DNA from: a virus
Lineage: Duplodnaviria > Heunggongvirae > Uroviricota > Caudoviricetes
Length of the DNA stretch: 45,755 bases
Virus record (IMG/VR): IMGVR_UViG_2703718845_000006
Strand: one strand, 5' to 3'
Shown here: piece after piece, positions 18,891 through 28,879 of the stretch
How positions within the stretch are numbered: position 1 is the first letter of the stretch
Layout of the letters: each line of letters starts with the position of its first letter
Made by a program: the position numbers and the translations under genes
Notes under the pieces: generated by a model
What the model saw: the letters and a program-made list of their open reading frames with translations, nothing else
Told to the model about the DNA's origin: nothing
The model's database searches: none

Positions 18891-20849
18891 TTACGCCGTA
18901 CATTTCACCAGACCGCGGTGATCAACTGGCGCGACACCGGCGTCAATACGCACTTTCGTTGTCACGCCATCCACACTGAAGCCCTCCATCTGATCAATAT
19001 ATGGCGTATCCACACCGTTGAGATAAGCCACTTCAATCGTATCGGAGCCTTTTGACGCAGCCAGGTAGAAGGTGGTCTGGCTGTTATCATCAAGACGAGG
19101 CTCTGCAATAACGGTCGCAAAATCTTTCACCGGGTTAATAATACCGGCGTTAATGTCAGCCCCCTTGACACTTGAGGAGCGAATGACCTGGTTAGCAACA
19201 GACTCCATCGCCGTCGGTACCAGTACGAACGCAGGACGAATATTCAGATGACGCTCCCCCTCTTTCTGAACGCGCATCAACTGGCGGGCTTTATCCAGCG
19301 ATGCCACGTCCATTGCAGCGCTCTCCAGTACGTTTGCATGTTTCGCTTTATCGAACAGACTTACATTATCTGTGGAGATTTTCGGGTTAGACGTCAGAAT
19401 GGCATAAACCAGATCGGCAATAGTGGATTTCGCCGCACGGCCCAGTTTCATCGGGACATCGGTCAGCATATTCAGATCATCATTGATAATGGCCTGACGG
19501 GTGATACTGAACAGCTCGCCATAGGTCGCCAGTGCAATAGTGGCCTGTTTATCTCCGGTGGTGACGTATTTATATTCCGCCCCTTCACGCACCTGACGCA
19601 GAGCACTGAAGCCCCCCATACCCACACGATGGGCAATTTTAAAATCAGACAACTGACCTTTCCGCGTCCACTGTTCATAGGTTTCAGGGGCATCTTCCCA
19701 GCCCTGCAGAATGGCTTTGTTCGCAACATCCAGCAGAATATTACCGAAGTCAGACGTACTGTGTGTGAACGCCGCACCGACCATCTGCATCGGGTTATAA
19801 CTGGAAACCCCAATACCCCGTTCAGTCAGTGACATACGGGCATATTCACGCAGGGTCATCCCGTTGTAGACATTATCACGTTCGGTTTTTTCAAATCCGG
19901 CACGCGCCATCAGCGCCTGGCGGATCCCGTCCCCCACAAAATTACCGTTACCGGCATAAATATGAGCCGGGGTATTTTTATTGGATGGCGTGGACTCGCG
20001 CCCCATCTCGTTCAACAGCTTTTCGCGGGCCTGCTCCAGCGAACATTCAGGATCGGCAAGACACTGAGCCTGCAGCGTCTGATAACGCCCGCCAAACATG
20101 GCAAACAGATCATTAATACCGTTTACACGCGCTTTTTGCTCTGCCAGTACCTGCGCACGGATGCTGTTTTCATCCACCACGGGTGCTGCTGCCTGCACTG
20201 GCGTCCGGGAGGCTTCAGGTTCATTATCCTGTACGCGTGGAGCACTGTTGCGTGGCGGAGTAATCATGTTTCGAATGGATTCCGGCATCTTTTTAAATTC
20301 CTCTGTACGTTTTGACTGAATACATGCCATTGCCTTAACGGCTGGCGTTACCTGATCAGCAAATCCATGTGCCAGACATTCGGCACCGGACATCCAGGTC
20401 TCATCCGCCAGCATGGCAGCAATTTCATCGGTGGTTTTCCCGGTTTTCTGTGCATAAGCGGGTAACAGAACCGCCTCAACTTTATCGAGCAGGTCGGCAT
20501 AGGTGCGCATGTCCTCCGCATCACCGCCCGTAAAGCCAAATGGTTTATGAATCATCATGAAGGTGTTTTCCGGCATAATGACCGGGTTTCCCACCATCGC
20601 AATGACCGACGCCATTGACGCCGCCACACCGTCGACATAAACGGTAATGGACGCACCATGTGTTTTCAGCGCATTAAAAATGGCGATGCCTTCAAAGACA
20701 TCGCCACCCGGTGAATTAATATGGAGATTAATGTGGGTGATATCGCCCAGTGCATTCAGATCACTGATAAACTGCTTCGCTGTAACACCCCAGAAACCAA
20801 TCTCGTCATAAATATAAATATCCGCGTCACTCTGGTGACCAGCCTGCAT
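18891..20849 (-). CDS. Prohead protease (ClpP/S49-like) fused to HK97-type major capsid protein
   Basis: N-terminal ClpP-like region (NSPGGDVFEGIAIFNALKTHG..VDGVAASMASVIAM), then a linker and an HK97-fold capsid region. The ORF-track N-terminal extension (to 21110) overlaps the portal gene and is rejected; start taken at MQAGHQSD. Confidence 0.85.
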   Translation of the reverse strand: MQAGHQSDADIYIYDEIGFWGVTAKQFISDLNALGDITHINLHINSPGGDVFEGIAIFNALKTHGASITVYVDGVAASMASVIAMVGNPVIMPENTFMMIHKPFGFTGGDAEDMRTYADLLDKVEAVLLPAYAQKTGKTTDEIAAMLADETWMSGAECLAHGFADQVTPAVKAMACIQSKRTEEFKKMPESIRNMITPPRNSAPRVQDNEPEASRTPVQAAAPVVDENSIRAQVLAEQKARVNGINDLFAMFGGRYQTLQAQCLADPECSLEQAREKLLNEMGRESTPSNKNTPAHIYAGNGNFVGDGIRQALMARAGFEKTERDNVYNGMTLREYARMSLTERGIGVSSYNPMQMVGAAFTHSTSDFGNILLDVANKAILQGWEDAPETYEQWTRKGQLSDFKIAHRVGMGGFSALRQVREGAEYKYVTTGDKQATIALATYGELFSITRQAIINDDLNMLTDVPMKLGRAAKSTIADLVYAILTSNPKISTDNVSLFDKAKHANVLESAAMDVASLDKARQLMRVQKEGERHLNIRPAFVLVPTAMESVANQVIRSSSVKGADINAGIINPVKDFATVIAEPRLDDNSQTTFYLAASKGSDTIEVAYLNGVDTPYIDQMEGFSVDGVTTKVRIDAGVAPVDHRGLVKCTA

Positions 20850-20862
20850 CCTGAACCAGGAA

Positions 20863-22371
20863 TTATTCTTCGGACTGGTCGTCGGTGTGCTGCGGCTCCT
20901 GTCGTTTCGTTGCGGCACTGCTGCCTCCTTTATCACTGGCCGGATCGGTATCAAATACCAGATCCAGCTTGCGGTTTTCATCAATTTCGGCCTTGCGCCG
21001 ACGTTTGACATCATCCGGATTACGACCACCAGCACGTACCCAGTCTGATTCTGTCGCCGCTCCACCACGAATCTGGATTTTCCAGGCCTCAGCCTCCTTA
21101 ACAGGGTCAATCCACGGCATCACCGGTCCGGAATACACCGCGGTATACAGTGAAGAAAGGTCAAGATCGCGGGGTAGCCTGATAACACCGGATGCCACAG
21201 CCTGTTTTAGCCAGGCACGATACATCGGACGGGTGACGGCACCAATAAACCAGTCCTGCAGGATCAGGTAGCCATCAGTGGATTCAACCAGCTCCTGACG
21301 CTGGGCGCTGTAAGTGCCGTTATAGTTGCGTGCCGTACTGGAAAAACTCAGACGACTGCCCGCCGCCACGGCACGCAACTGACCATTACGAAAAGTTTCA
21401 AGGTTAGGATTTGGGCGATCCGACTTCACCATTCCGATTTCTTCGCCGGGTTTCAGATCATCGTAAATAATGCCTGGCTGAATGGTAAGCTCGCGTTCCT
21501 TATCCTTGCTGCCATTACCATCCGCTTCATAGCTCTGCCCGTCGCCTTTCCGGATGTACATCCCCAGAGCAGCGGCGATCCTTGCTGCAGTCAGCTCAGA
21601 ATCTTCATACTCTTTCAGGGCACTGAGGCGGATCAGCACACCGGACAATAAAGACGTCCCGCGCATCTGGTGCAGACGGCGAACAAATTTAAGATGCAGC
21701 ATTCGCTCTGCATCCACTTCTTTGGTTTCCATCTGCCGTCCGGATACGGGACGGCTTTTATACACCAGATATTTTTCGGGACGCCCCCAGTCATCAACAA
21801 ACACGCCCTGATTCAGCCTGTTGCTCTCATCACTGGTCATGGGAATAAAGTCCGGCTCGAGCGCCTCCAGCCAGAAATGAACACCGGCAGAAGGCGTCAG
21901 GCTGTTTATGCGCCCGGAAACCATCTGGGCAAACACCTCACCATCGCGCAGCCAGGTACGAAGCATCAGACGTTCCAGCATCGGACGGGTAAACTGCCCG
22001 GTGACTTCCGGGCTGACAGACCATTCACTCCATCGGGTGCGAATCTCCGCAGCCAGGTCACGGGCAATGGCCCCATTGCGTAATACCGGATGTGGCTCGA
22101 CAATAATCCCGTTTTTCCCCACCACCCGTTCTTCCAGCTTGTCAAATACACCAATAACCAGATCGTGGTTGTTATCAAGGTAACGGGCCTGCTCACGTAA
22201 CGACACGGCCCCGTACTGGCTTAACTGGTCGGCAGTTCGGTTCTCCCGTCGGGCTTTGTGTGTCCGCGTCGTTTTTACGGCCTCATAAGCCTGGATCACC
22301 GCACGGGAACGCAGCCTTGCCGCTTTCCATCCTGGTGAAAAAACGCCAATCACATCATCAAGAATTGCCAT
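20863..22371 (-). CDS. Portal protein
   Basis: ~500 aa with an acidic C-terminus, between W and the capsid gene; start taken at MAILDDVIG immediately after W. Confidence 0.85.
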   Translation of the reverse strand: MAILDDVIGVFSPGWKAARLRSRAVIQAYEAVKTTRTHKARRENRTADQLSQYGAVSLREQARYLDNNHDLVIGVFDKLEERVVGKNGIIVEPHPVLRNGAIARDLAAEIRTRWSEWSVSPEVTGQFTRPMLERLMLRTWLRDGEVFAQMVSGRINSLTPSAGVHFWLEALEPDFIPMTSDESNRLNQGVFVDDWGRPEKYLVYKSRPVSGRQMETKEVDAERMLHLKFVRRLHQMRGTSLLSGVLIRLSALKEYEDSELTAARIAAALGMYIRKGDGQSYEADGNGSKDKERELTIQPGIIYDDLKPGEEIGMVKSDRPNPNLETFRNGQLRAVAAGSRLSFSSTARNYNGTYSAQRQELVESTDGYLILQDWFIGAVTRPMYRAWLKQAVASGVIRLPRDLDLSSLYTAVYSGPVMPWIDPVKEAEAWKIQIRGGAATESDWVRAGGRNPDDVKRRRKAEIDENRKLDLVFDTDPASDKGGSSAATKRQEPQHTDDQSEE

Positions 22372-22583
22372 CAGAACCTCGCCAGCCGATACCCGGGATG
22401 CCCCCGTCGTCGTGTAATCAGAGCCGCAAGGCGGCGCTCCCACTCCTGCCGTCCCTGCCGGATCTCAGATAAGTTTTCCATGGTCATCTGCTGACCATTA
22501 AAGGTGACGGATTTTCCGTCCAGCACCGCCATTTCAGCTTCCGTATAACGCTGAATCATGGCTTCGATATCATTCTGGTTCAT
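22371..22583 (-). CDS. W: Head-tail joining protein W-like
   Basis: ~70 aa; ...LITRRRGHPGYRLARF resembles the lambda gpW C-terminus; sits between terminase and portal. Confidence 0.7.
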   Translation of the reverse strand: MNQNDIEAMIQRYTEAEMAVLDGKSVTFNGQQMTMENLSEIRQGRQEWERRLAALITRRRGHPGYRLARF

Positions 22584-24682
22584 AACCATCCTCCGGAAGT
22601 CAGCCAGGGGTTAACATCGTCAGTTACTGTTTTCTTCCGTTTTTGTTTTTTAACAGGCGTGGATACCGGTTCCGGTGAGGATGACGGTTCGGTACTGTCC
22701 GGGACACACTCCAGCCAGGTTTCCCGGCTCGCCCACTCCGGTGCATCCGGCCAGCGGATCTTTTCGTATCCATGCAGAATGACCAGAGCCTCGGCATACA
22801 CCATCAGGTCAAAAGCTTCGTTGGCACCGCGACCCGGCTTACTCCATTTCCCGTCACTGCTCCGCTCTTCATACGTCAGTTCGTCGTAAAACCAGCTCCC
22901 CAGCCAGTCAGGGAAATGCACATAGCCGGGACCTGGCGAGTCACGCCATAACGCGTTATTCACCCGGTCTTTCAGTGCATCCGTCTGAAGAAGCCAGAGC
23001 GGCACATCACCTGCGGCCTGCGCCCGGCGGCCCGTTCGTCCGGTGTTATCAGGGAATGTACGGCTGATCAGTTTTGCGCGCCGGATGCTGTCACCCTTAA
23101 ACAGGTAAATACGTTTACCAAGGCCATCACGACGGCAACGACGCCAGAATTTATAGGCATTATCAGTGACCCCGTCTTCACCGCCGGAGTCCACCGCCAT
23201 TGCCATCAGTCGCATTTGTTGAGAAGGATCGGAGGCCAGCGGCCAGCTTTTATGAAAAACATCCGTCAGCAGGACATCCCAGTCTTCCGGGTAGCTGGCC
23301 GGATCAATTCGCTGGCTCTCCCCGTCGCAGTCACCGCGCAATGACTGCGTGATGTTGTAACGATCAATAATCCAGCGTTCGCCACGGCTGCCATAGCCCG
23401 TTACCTGAACCACAAAACGGCGATGACGTCCCGCCTGCACATCCACTGTCGCCACAAGAAAATTAACGCCATCCGGCACACTGCGGGAAGGAACTGGCTC
23501 TGCCCGCTGCTCAAGCAGTTCACTTTTTCGTTGCTCCATGCTGGCGCGGGGAAGATAAGGTAATCCCCAGTCGGTATTGATAACCGTCTTGAGTGTTTCT
23601 TCACTTCCGGTTGTCTCGTATTCCTGTTCTGCAGTAAGCAGTTTGTAAACGAGTTGCGAGAGTGTCTGGTAAGCAGCTGCCGGCCCCTCCATCCAGAATG
23701 ACGCAATACGTGAGCGTCGGGGATCACCATAACGACTGCCATCCGCATTGATGGATTCACCATCCCGCAACCAGACCCCACGTCCGTTCAGCTCACGTTT
23801 TTGTTCAGGCATAATCCGTCCTGAACAGGAAGGACACTGAATATAAGCCGCCTCACTTGCCAGAACGGGATCGGCAATATCACGGAAACCAGCAACCACA
23901 TCGCCGCAGGGCTGAAAATACTCACCACAGTGTGGACAGGGCCAGTACCAGCGACGGCGATCGCCACGGTTATAGAGCGACAGTATCCCCGTGGTTGGTG
24001 GAGCCTCATGCGGTGAAGTCCGTCGCCATTTCACATCCTTCACATCCCTGCCGGGGGAACTCTCCACCAGCGTCATACCACTGGACATAAATGTTGTGGT
24101 ACGTTTTGAGGCAAGAGAGAAAGCATCCCCCTCGCCATCAATATCTTCCGGAAAACGATCATAATCCGTCAGCGCGACGCATTTATAATCTGATGAGGAC
24201 ATGATATTGACTGACGGCCAGCCGATTTTCAGGTAGTTACCAGCAAGGAATGTTCTGTCATAAACGTTGTTGTCATTTTTGTTCGGACTCAGGCGACTGA
24301 CCACTTCCGGGCTGACGCGAAACGTTCTGGCGAGTCGTTTTTTGGAGTGTTCGCGGGCTTTTTCCTCCGTCATCTGAATAATCAGCATATCAGCAGGATC
24401 GCAAATCACGTTGTAAATCACCCAGCCGTCAATCAGGCCGATAGTCTTGCCGGTTCGTGCCGGGCCAACAAATATCACTGCGTCGTATTCACGCGAGGCC
24501 AGGCAGTTCATAGGCTCAATAACATACGGTGCCACCAGCGGATCCCACGGGACTGAGTTCCCTGCCCCCATGGGCACCCGCATATACTGAGCAACGGCAT
24601 CAGCAACCCGCATTCGTCTCGGTGCGCGAAGGATATAACCTGAATCGGTTCGTGCTGCCTTTGCGGTTTCCTGATTCAGCAT
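22580..24682 (-). CDS. Terminase large subunit (gpA-like)
   Basis: 700 aa; Walker A-like VGPARTGKT near the N-terminus; lambda-type order Nu1-A-W-portal. Confidence 0.9.
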   Translation of the reverse strand: MLNQETAKAARTDSGYILRAPRRMRVADAVAQYMRVPMGAGNSVPWDPLVAPYVIEPMNCLASREYDAVIFVGPARTGKTIGLIDGWVIYNVICDPADMLIIQMTEEKAREHSKKRLARTFRVSPEVVSRLSPNKNDNNVYDRTFLAGNYLKIGWPSVNIMSSSDYKCVALTDYDRFPEDIDGEGDAFSLASKRTTTFMSSGMTLVESSPGRDVKDVKWRRTSPHEAPPTTGILSLYNRGDRRRWYWPCPHCGEYFQPCGDVVAGFRDIADPVLASEAAYIQCPSCSGRIMPEQKRELNGRGVWLRDGESINADGSRYGDPRRSRIASFWMEGPAAAYQTLSQLVYKLLTAEQEYETTGSEETLKTVINTDWGLPYLPRASMEQRKSELLEQRAEPVPSRSVPDGVNFLVATVDVQAGRHRRFVVQVTGYGSRGERWIIDRYNITQSLRGDCDGESQRIDPASYPEDWDVLLTDVFHKSWPLASDPSQQMRLMAMAVDSGGEDGVTDNAYKFWRRCRRDGLGKRIYLFKGDSIRRAKLISRTFPDNTGRTGRRAQAAGDVPLWLLQTDALKDRVNNALWRDSPGPGYVHFPDWLGSWFYDELTYEERSSDGKWSKPGRGANEAFDLMVYAEALVILHGYEKIRWPDAPEWASRETWLECVPDSTEPSSSPEPVSTPVKKQKRKKTVTDDVNPWLTSGGWL

Positions 24683-25176
24683 TACTCCTCCTGCTGTAAT
24701 TCCTCCTCATCATCCGCACCTGCTTCAGTCACCCGCAGGGCTATCTGATCGCGAAGATCATCAATAATGGACTGAACACGGCTCACAGCGGCAGGCTGCA
24801 GACCGCAGTCACGTTCAAGAATATCCGGTAATGTCTCCAGCACCTGCACGACCGCTTTTGCCCAGATGGCAAACTCCCGTCTGACATCACTGGCCGGAAT
24901 GAGTTGTGCCGTTTCCTGTTCAAACTTAAGACGCTCACGTTCAGACTGATACCAGGCTTTGCGCTCATGCGCGTCCATTTCGCCTTCTGCAACCGGCGGT
25001 GGTAATGCCAGAAATGCCGACACAATATCAACCACCCGATAAAGCTTGAGGTTGCTTTCATGCCCCCCTGCAACGGGTAGATTTTGCAGCCTTGCCGCAG
25101 CAGTCTGGCGATGTACACCTGACAATGCCGCCAGTTGACTGATATTCAGCGTCAGATTTTTTAACTCTCGATCCAT
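24682..25176 (-). CDS. Terminase small subunit (Nu1-like)
   Basis: 164 aa; N-terminal HTH-like LNISQLAALSGVHRQTAAARL; acidic C-terminus; directly upstream of the large subunit. Confidence 0.8.
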   Translation of the reverse strand: MDRELKNLTLNISQLAALSGVHRQTAAARLQNLPVAGGHESNLKLYRVVDIVSAFLALPPPVAEGEMDAHERKAWYQSERERLKFEQETAQLIPASDVRREFAIWAKAVVQVLETLPDILERDCGLQPAAVSRVQSIIDDLRDQIALRVTEAGADDEEELQQEE

Positions 25177-25289
25177 ACCCGCTCCAGAATGTTTTAAACA
25201 TGCATCTTGCGAACAACTTTAGGCAAACGGTGTTAGTGATGAACAAAAAACAATCAGAATCGACACCATAAAAATAAAATCACTGTAAT

Positions 25290-25366
25290 ATCAATCAATT
25301 ACAGTGGTGGTGATGACGAATAAAATTTCAAAAACTAGCCTTTTTCCGCGACGCTCCCGCCCCGTG
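25290..25366. other. cos-like site (cosN-like core plus adjacent terminase-binding-like sequence) about 175 bp upstream of the small terminase gene
   Basis: Minus-strand sequence ACGGGGCGGGAGCGTCGCGG...TGAAATTTTATTCGTCAT resembles the lambda left end ACGGGGCGGCGACCTCGCGGG...TGAAAATTTTCC...TTCGTCAT as I recall it; the 12-nt core (25351-25362) differs from lambda at about 3 positions. Confidence 0.45.
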
Positions 25367-25991
25367 GCAGGCCACCCCACCGGGAGGACCCGTCAGCCTG
25401 ACAGCCATGACGAACGTCTGATACAGCACCCTGCATGAATGGCATCGGGATAATCCAGAAAGGAATGGCATCGTACCCACAAGAATCTGTGTGAGTGTCC
25501 TGTTTCTTCCACCCCCGCACAGGACTGGCGAGCATGAGGGACAAACCCGCGAATCATTAGCGCGGTAAAAACCCGGTGTGCATCGTTTTTGATTATTCCC
25601 GCACACTCTCGCAGAAGGAGTTCCCCGTCGGGCTACGGTCTCTGTTAATACGGGAATACGGCGACGATACAGCGCATGATGTGTCAGGCTTGAATACCTT
25701 TATCCGTTAAAAGGGATATCAGTTAAGTTATCCCGTGTAGGGTATAAGCCATTATCAAAGCCACTCTGTAGGGAGTGGCTTTTGTAATGGCAATAAAAAG
25801 CCCCGCGAATACGAGGCTAAATCCTGGTATTTGTAATGACTGGCTCTTATCTCAACGCAGCCCCTTACCGCGCGCAAGATGCTCAATATCAAGCATCAGC
25901 AATGAGATGTTTAATCTGGATTCACTCCAGAAGTGATCACCACCCTGTCTACAGAGCCAGATGTGAAGGATGATAAGTAAAATTATCGCTA

Positions 25992-26459
25992 TCATCGAAG
26001 GCATTGCGTCCTGATGTATTCCTGAAGCGTTCTCAGTGCTGTTTGGTCGCTGATGATTCCGTCCCGGATACCGAGAACGTTTCGTCCAGCAACTGGAGAG
26101 AGTTCGACGGTGGCATCATTGCCCATGCCGGAGGCGCTGGAGGTTTCGGCTGAGGATGGCACAGGGCATTTTCCTTTGACGAACACCCGACCACCATTAT
26201 CAAGCTTGCGCCGAAGAGCATCATTTTCAGCTTTCGCATCAGCTAACTCCTTCGTGTATTTAGCATCGAGTGCATCAGCAGAACGCTGGCGCTGCTGCAT
26301 GTCAGTAATGGTGGCGGTCGCCTGCTTCAGCTCACTGACTTTTTTATCTCGCTGTTCTTTGTAGGCGATGGCGTTATCACGGTAATGATTGACCGCCCAC
26401 GACAGGCAGACGATGATGCAGATAACCAGAGCGGAGATAATCGCGGTTACTCTGCTCAT
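25992..26459 (-). CDS. Rz: Rz i-spanin
   Basis: [48 protein letters not shown] is nearly identical to lambda Rz over the N-terminal half. Confidence 0.9.
   Translation of the reverse strand: MSRVTAIISALVICIIVCLSWAVNHYRDNAIAYKEQRDKKVSELKQATATITDMQQRQRSADALDAKYTKELADAKAENDALRRKLDNGGRVFVKGKCPVPSSAETSSASGMGNDATVELSPVAGRNVLGIRDGIISDQTALRTLQEYIRTQCLR
26033..26239 (-). CDS. Rz1: Rz1 o-spanin lipoprotein, embedded in Rz in another frame
   Basis: [21 protein letters not shown] (lipobox VVGC) followed by a proline-rich stretch [16 protein letters not shown], entirely inside Rz. Confidence 0.8.
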   Translation of the reverse strand: MRKLKMMLFGASLIMVVGCSSKENALCHPQPKPPAPPAWAMMPPSNSLQLLDETFSVSGTESSATKQH

Positions 26460-26953
26460 TGTTGCCCCCACAAACAGACTTCACGCTCAATCTCACGACG
26501 AGTCATCAGGCCTTTCCATTGCTTACCGCCAGCGTATGTCCAGCGACGTAGCTGGTCACATGCGCCTTTGATATCGCCCTGGTTTATTTTGCGAAGAAGC
26601 GTCGATGTTCTGAAATTGCCAGCACCCACGTTGTAGACGAACGAGTAAAGAGCGCCGCGCGTTGTTTCCGGTATATCGACTTTGATGTACGGGTTAATTT
26701 GTCTGGCGACCGTGGCAAGGTCTTTATTCAGGAGGGCTTTGCATTCTGCTTCGGTATACGTTTTACCGAGCATGATGTCTTTTCCGGTGTGTCCGTGACA
26801 TACAGTCCATACGCCAACGATATCTTTGTATGGTATGTAGCTGACACCTTCCAGGCCATCGTCACCACTTGGGCCAGTGATTAACACTGATGCTATAGCA
26901 ATTGCTCCGCCACCAATAGCAGCAGCAACTGCTTTTCGTAATGATGGAGGCAT
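26456..26953 (-). CDS. R: SAR endolysin (phage-21-type lysozyme)
   Basis: N-terminal signal-anchor-release segment [20 protein letters not shown] followed by a lysozyme-like domain; resembles the phage 21 endolysin. Confidence 0.9.
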   Translation of the reverse strand: MPPSLRKAVAAAIGGGAIAIASVLITGPSGDDGLEGVSYIPYKDIVGVWTVCHGHTGKDIMLGKTYTEAECKALLNKDLATVARQINPYIKVDIPETTRGALYSFVYNVGAGNFRTSTLLRKINQGDIKGACDQLRRWTYAGGKQWKGLMTRREIEREVCLWGQQ

Positions 26954-27168
26954 TATTCACCTCTCGCAGCCTTGCGCTTATCTTCTTTAATCTTGAAATA
27001 AAGGTTTGTCAGGTACGTCAGCAGGCCAAATACCAGGCTACCCAGCACACCTATTGCTGCCCACTGTGAGGGCGTGACTTTATCGAGCAGCTGTAAAAAC
27101 CAGTAACCGGCACTACCTGCTGAGGTGCCATAGGCGACACCCGTTGTTAACTTATCCATGGATTTCAT
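26953..27168 (-). CDS. S: Pinholin (phage-21 S-type holin)
   Basis: 71 aa, two TM segments ([13 protein letters not shown].., [17 protein letters not shown]) and a charged C-terminus; directly upstream of the SAR endolysin. Confidence 0.9.
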
Positions 27169-27204
27169 AACCCCACCTCGCAGATGCGGGTGCTGTGTAA
27201 TGGA

Positions 27205-27228
27205 AATAAAAAGGCCACCTGCGTGGCC
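27205..27228 (-). terminator. Intrinsic terminator between the methyltransferase gene and the holin gene
   Basis: Stem GGCCAC (27213-27218) / GTGGCC (27223-27228), loop CTGC, followed on the minus strand by TTTTTATTT. Confidence 0.55.
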
Positions 27229-27234
27229 ACCAGA

Positions 27235-28287
27235 TTATTTCCCCACCAGCTCGTTTATCTCTTTCACTGTCTGGTTAAACCGCTCTGACTCAAGCTCAAC
27301 ACCTAAGGCCCGACGCCCCAGCGCCATTGCTGCTTTTATTGTGGAACCGGATCCCATAAAAAAATCAGCAACCAGATCACCAGGTCGACTACTGGCATTG
27401 ATTATTTGCCTGAGCATATCCGCCGGTTTCTCACACGGATGTTTACCCGGGTAGAACTGAACGGGTTTATGCATCCAGACATCGGTATAAGGCACGGAGA
27501 CTGATACGGAGAAATAGCGCCGGAGAGATTTAAACTCATCCAGCAATTCAGAATATTTGCGATTCAGTGAATCATAAGATGCCACCAGCTGGTGGTGTGG
27601 TTGTTCCAGTTGTTGTTCCTGAAACTTCTCTGCCGCTATACGGGAAAACAGTGCCTGTAACTTCCGATAGTCAGCCTCATTCGGCAACTGCCACTGACTG
27701 GCACCAAACCAGTGGGAAACCATATTTTTCTTACCTGTGGCTTCGGCAATTTGTTTTGCCGTTATACCCAGTTCGGCACGAGCATCCCTGAAATACGATA
27801 TCAGCGGTGCCATTATGTGCTGTTTGAGTGCCCTTTCTTTTGCCGCATAGCCGTCACTTTTGCCGCGATATGGCCCCTGGTAATGTTCAGCAAACAGAAC
27901 GCGCTCTGTGGCAGGAAAATATGCGCGCAGACTTTCTTTATTACACCCATTCCAACGTCCGGACGGCTTCGCCCAGATGATATGGTTAAGCACGTTGAAA
28001 CGTTCACGCATCATGATCTCAATATCAGATGCCAGGCGATGCCCACAGAACAGGTAAAGGCTTCCGGCAGGTTTCAACACCCGCCAGAACTGGGCCAGAC
28101 AGTGGTCCAGCCACTTAAGGTAATCTTCGTCCCCTTTCCACTGATTGTCCCAACCGTTGGGTTTCACCTTGAAGTAAGGCGGATCGGTAACAATCAGGTC
28201 AATGGAATCATCAGGCAGGGACTGAATAAAATGCAGGCAATCAGCGTTGATTAAATCAACACTGTTTATTTTTACAGTATTTTTCAT
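27235..28287 (-). CDS. DNA methyltransferase, beta class (N6-adenine or N4-cytosine; YhdJ-like)
   Basis: DPPY motif (IVTDPPYF) near the N-terminus and AdoMet-binding FFMGSGST near the C-terminus (motif IV before I). Confidence 0.85.
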   Translation of the reverse strand: MKNTVKINSVDLINADCLHFIQSLPDDSIDLIVTDPPYFKVKPNGWDNQWKGDEDYLKWLDHCLAQFWRVLKPAGSLYLFCGHRLASDIEIMMRERFNVLNHIIWAKPSGRWNGCNKESLRAYFPATERVLFAEHYQGPYRGKSDGYAAKERALKQHIMAPLISYFRDARAELGITAKQIAEATGKKNMVSHWFGASQWQLPNEADYRKLQALFSRIAAEKFQEQQLEQPHHQLVASYDSLNRKYSELLDEFKSLRRYFSVSVSVPYTDVWMHKPVQFYPGKHPCEKPADMLRQIINASSRPGDLVADFFMGSGSTIKAAMALGRRALGVELESERFNQTVKEINELVGK

Positions 28288-28436
28288 GGATCAGTAAGCG
28301 TAACTCTGGTAGGCTCACTCTGCTTTTGCGCTAAAGCAGTGGGCCGTGGTTCGCTTGTGACCAGTAAGCATGAGCGAATGGCTGGCAGGTGCTACCAACA
28401 CCCACCAGCCGCCCATTTTCACAAATTAAAAGTCCT

Positions 28437-28655
28437 TCATTGCTGAAGGCGTCTGTAACAGCCGAACTGGTAATCTGCCAGCCCCGCCATAACCAACTGG
28501 GTCAGTATTAACTGACAGCGTTCGCGTGAAAGATATGTGTTTTGTGCAATCTCCCCGACTGTTGCCGGTTCGATGCTTAATTCATTAAAAACAACTTTCG
28601 CCGTTTCTGTCATATCTTGCTGTTTTAGCATGTCTTTTTTCCTTCTGGTTAACAT
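28437..28655 (-). CDS. Small hypothetical protein (possible winged-helix DNA-binding protein); start uncertain
   Basis: 72-aa ORF between the tR'-like terminator and the methyltransferase gene; TVGEIAQNTYLSRERCQLILTQLVMAGLA looks HTH-like. Confidence 0.4.
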   Translation of the reverse strand: MLTRRKKDMLKQQDMTETAKVVFNELSIEPATVGEIAQNTYLSRERCQLILTQLVMAGLADYQFGCYRRLQQ

Positions 28656-28752
28656 GACATACCAATAACTCTTGTCTAAAAAGCCAGCAAGATAAAAAGT
28701 CAGTATTCACGACCACCAGCGTGTTTACCGTACTGCACCAGGTTTACAGGTA

Positions 28753-28779
28753 CAAAAAAACCCGCTCGACGGCGGGTTT
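28753..28779 (-). terminator. Strong intrinsic terminator on the minus strand, upstream of the lysis-proximal genes (tR'-like)
   Basis: Stem ACCCGC / GCGGGT (28760-28777) followed on the minus strand by seven U (complement of AAAAAAA at 28753-28759). Confidence 0.7.
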
Positions 28780-28834
28780 AAGTTGTGTGGCGAAGTAACC
28801 ACTCTTAACACAATACAATACTTTTTGCGTACGC

Positions 28835-28863
28835 GTTATAGTTTTCTTACAATCAACTTTCAA
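28835..28863 (-). promoter_or_regulatory. Candidate sigma70 promoter on the minus strand (possible late promoter), back-to-back with the start of the DUF262 gene
   Basis: Minus strand reads TTGAAA - 17 bp - TATAAC (rc of plus 28858-28863 and 28835-28840), about 60 nt upstream of the terminator at 28753-28779. Confidence 0.3.
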
Positions 28864-28879
28864 TTAAAGGAACGAAAAC

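Noticed and set aside
18891-21110. Full 739-aa ORF as the protease-capsid gene
   Set aside because: The first 87 codons overlap the portal gene and look non-proteinaceous; start reassigned to the ATG at 20849.
25328-25606. 92-aa and 69-aa minus-strand ORFs in the cos region
   Set aside because: They overlap the GC-rich cos-like sequence, have no RBS, and have an odd Cys/Arg-rich composition.
28288-28436. Possible tRNA genes between Q and the lysis genes, as found in some Stx-type phages
   Set aside because: No cloverleaf-compatible segments with a conserved T-loop (GTTCGAATC-like) or CCA context were found by eye in the intergenic stretches.
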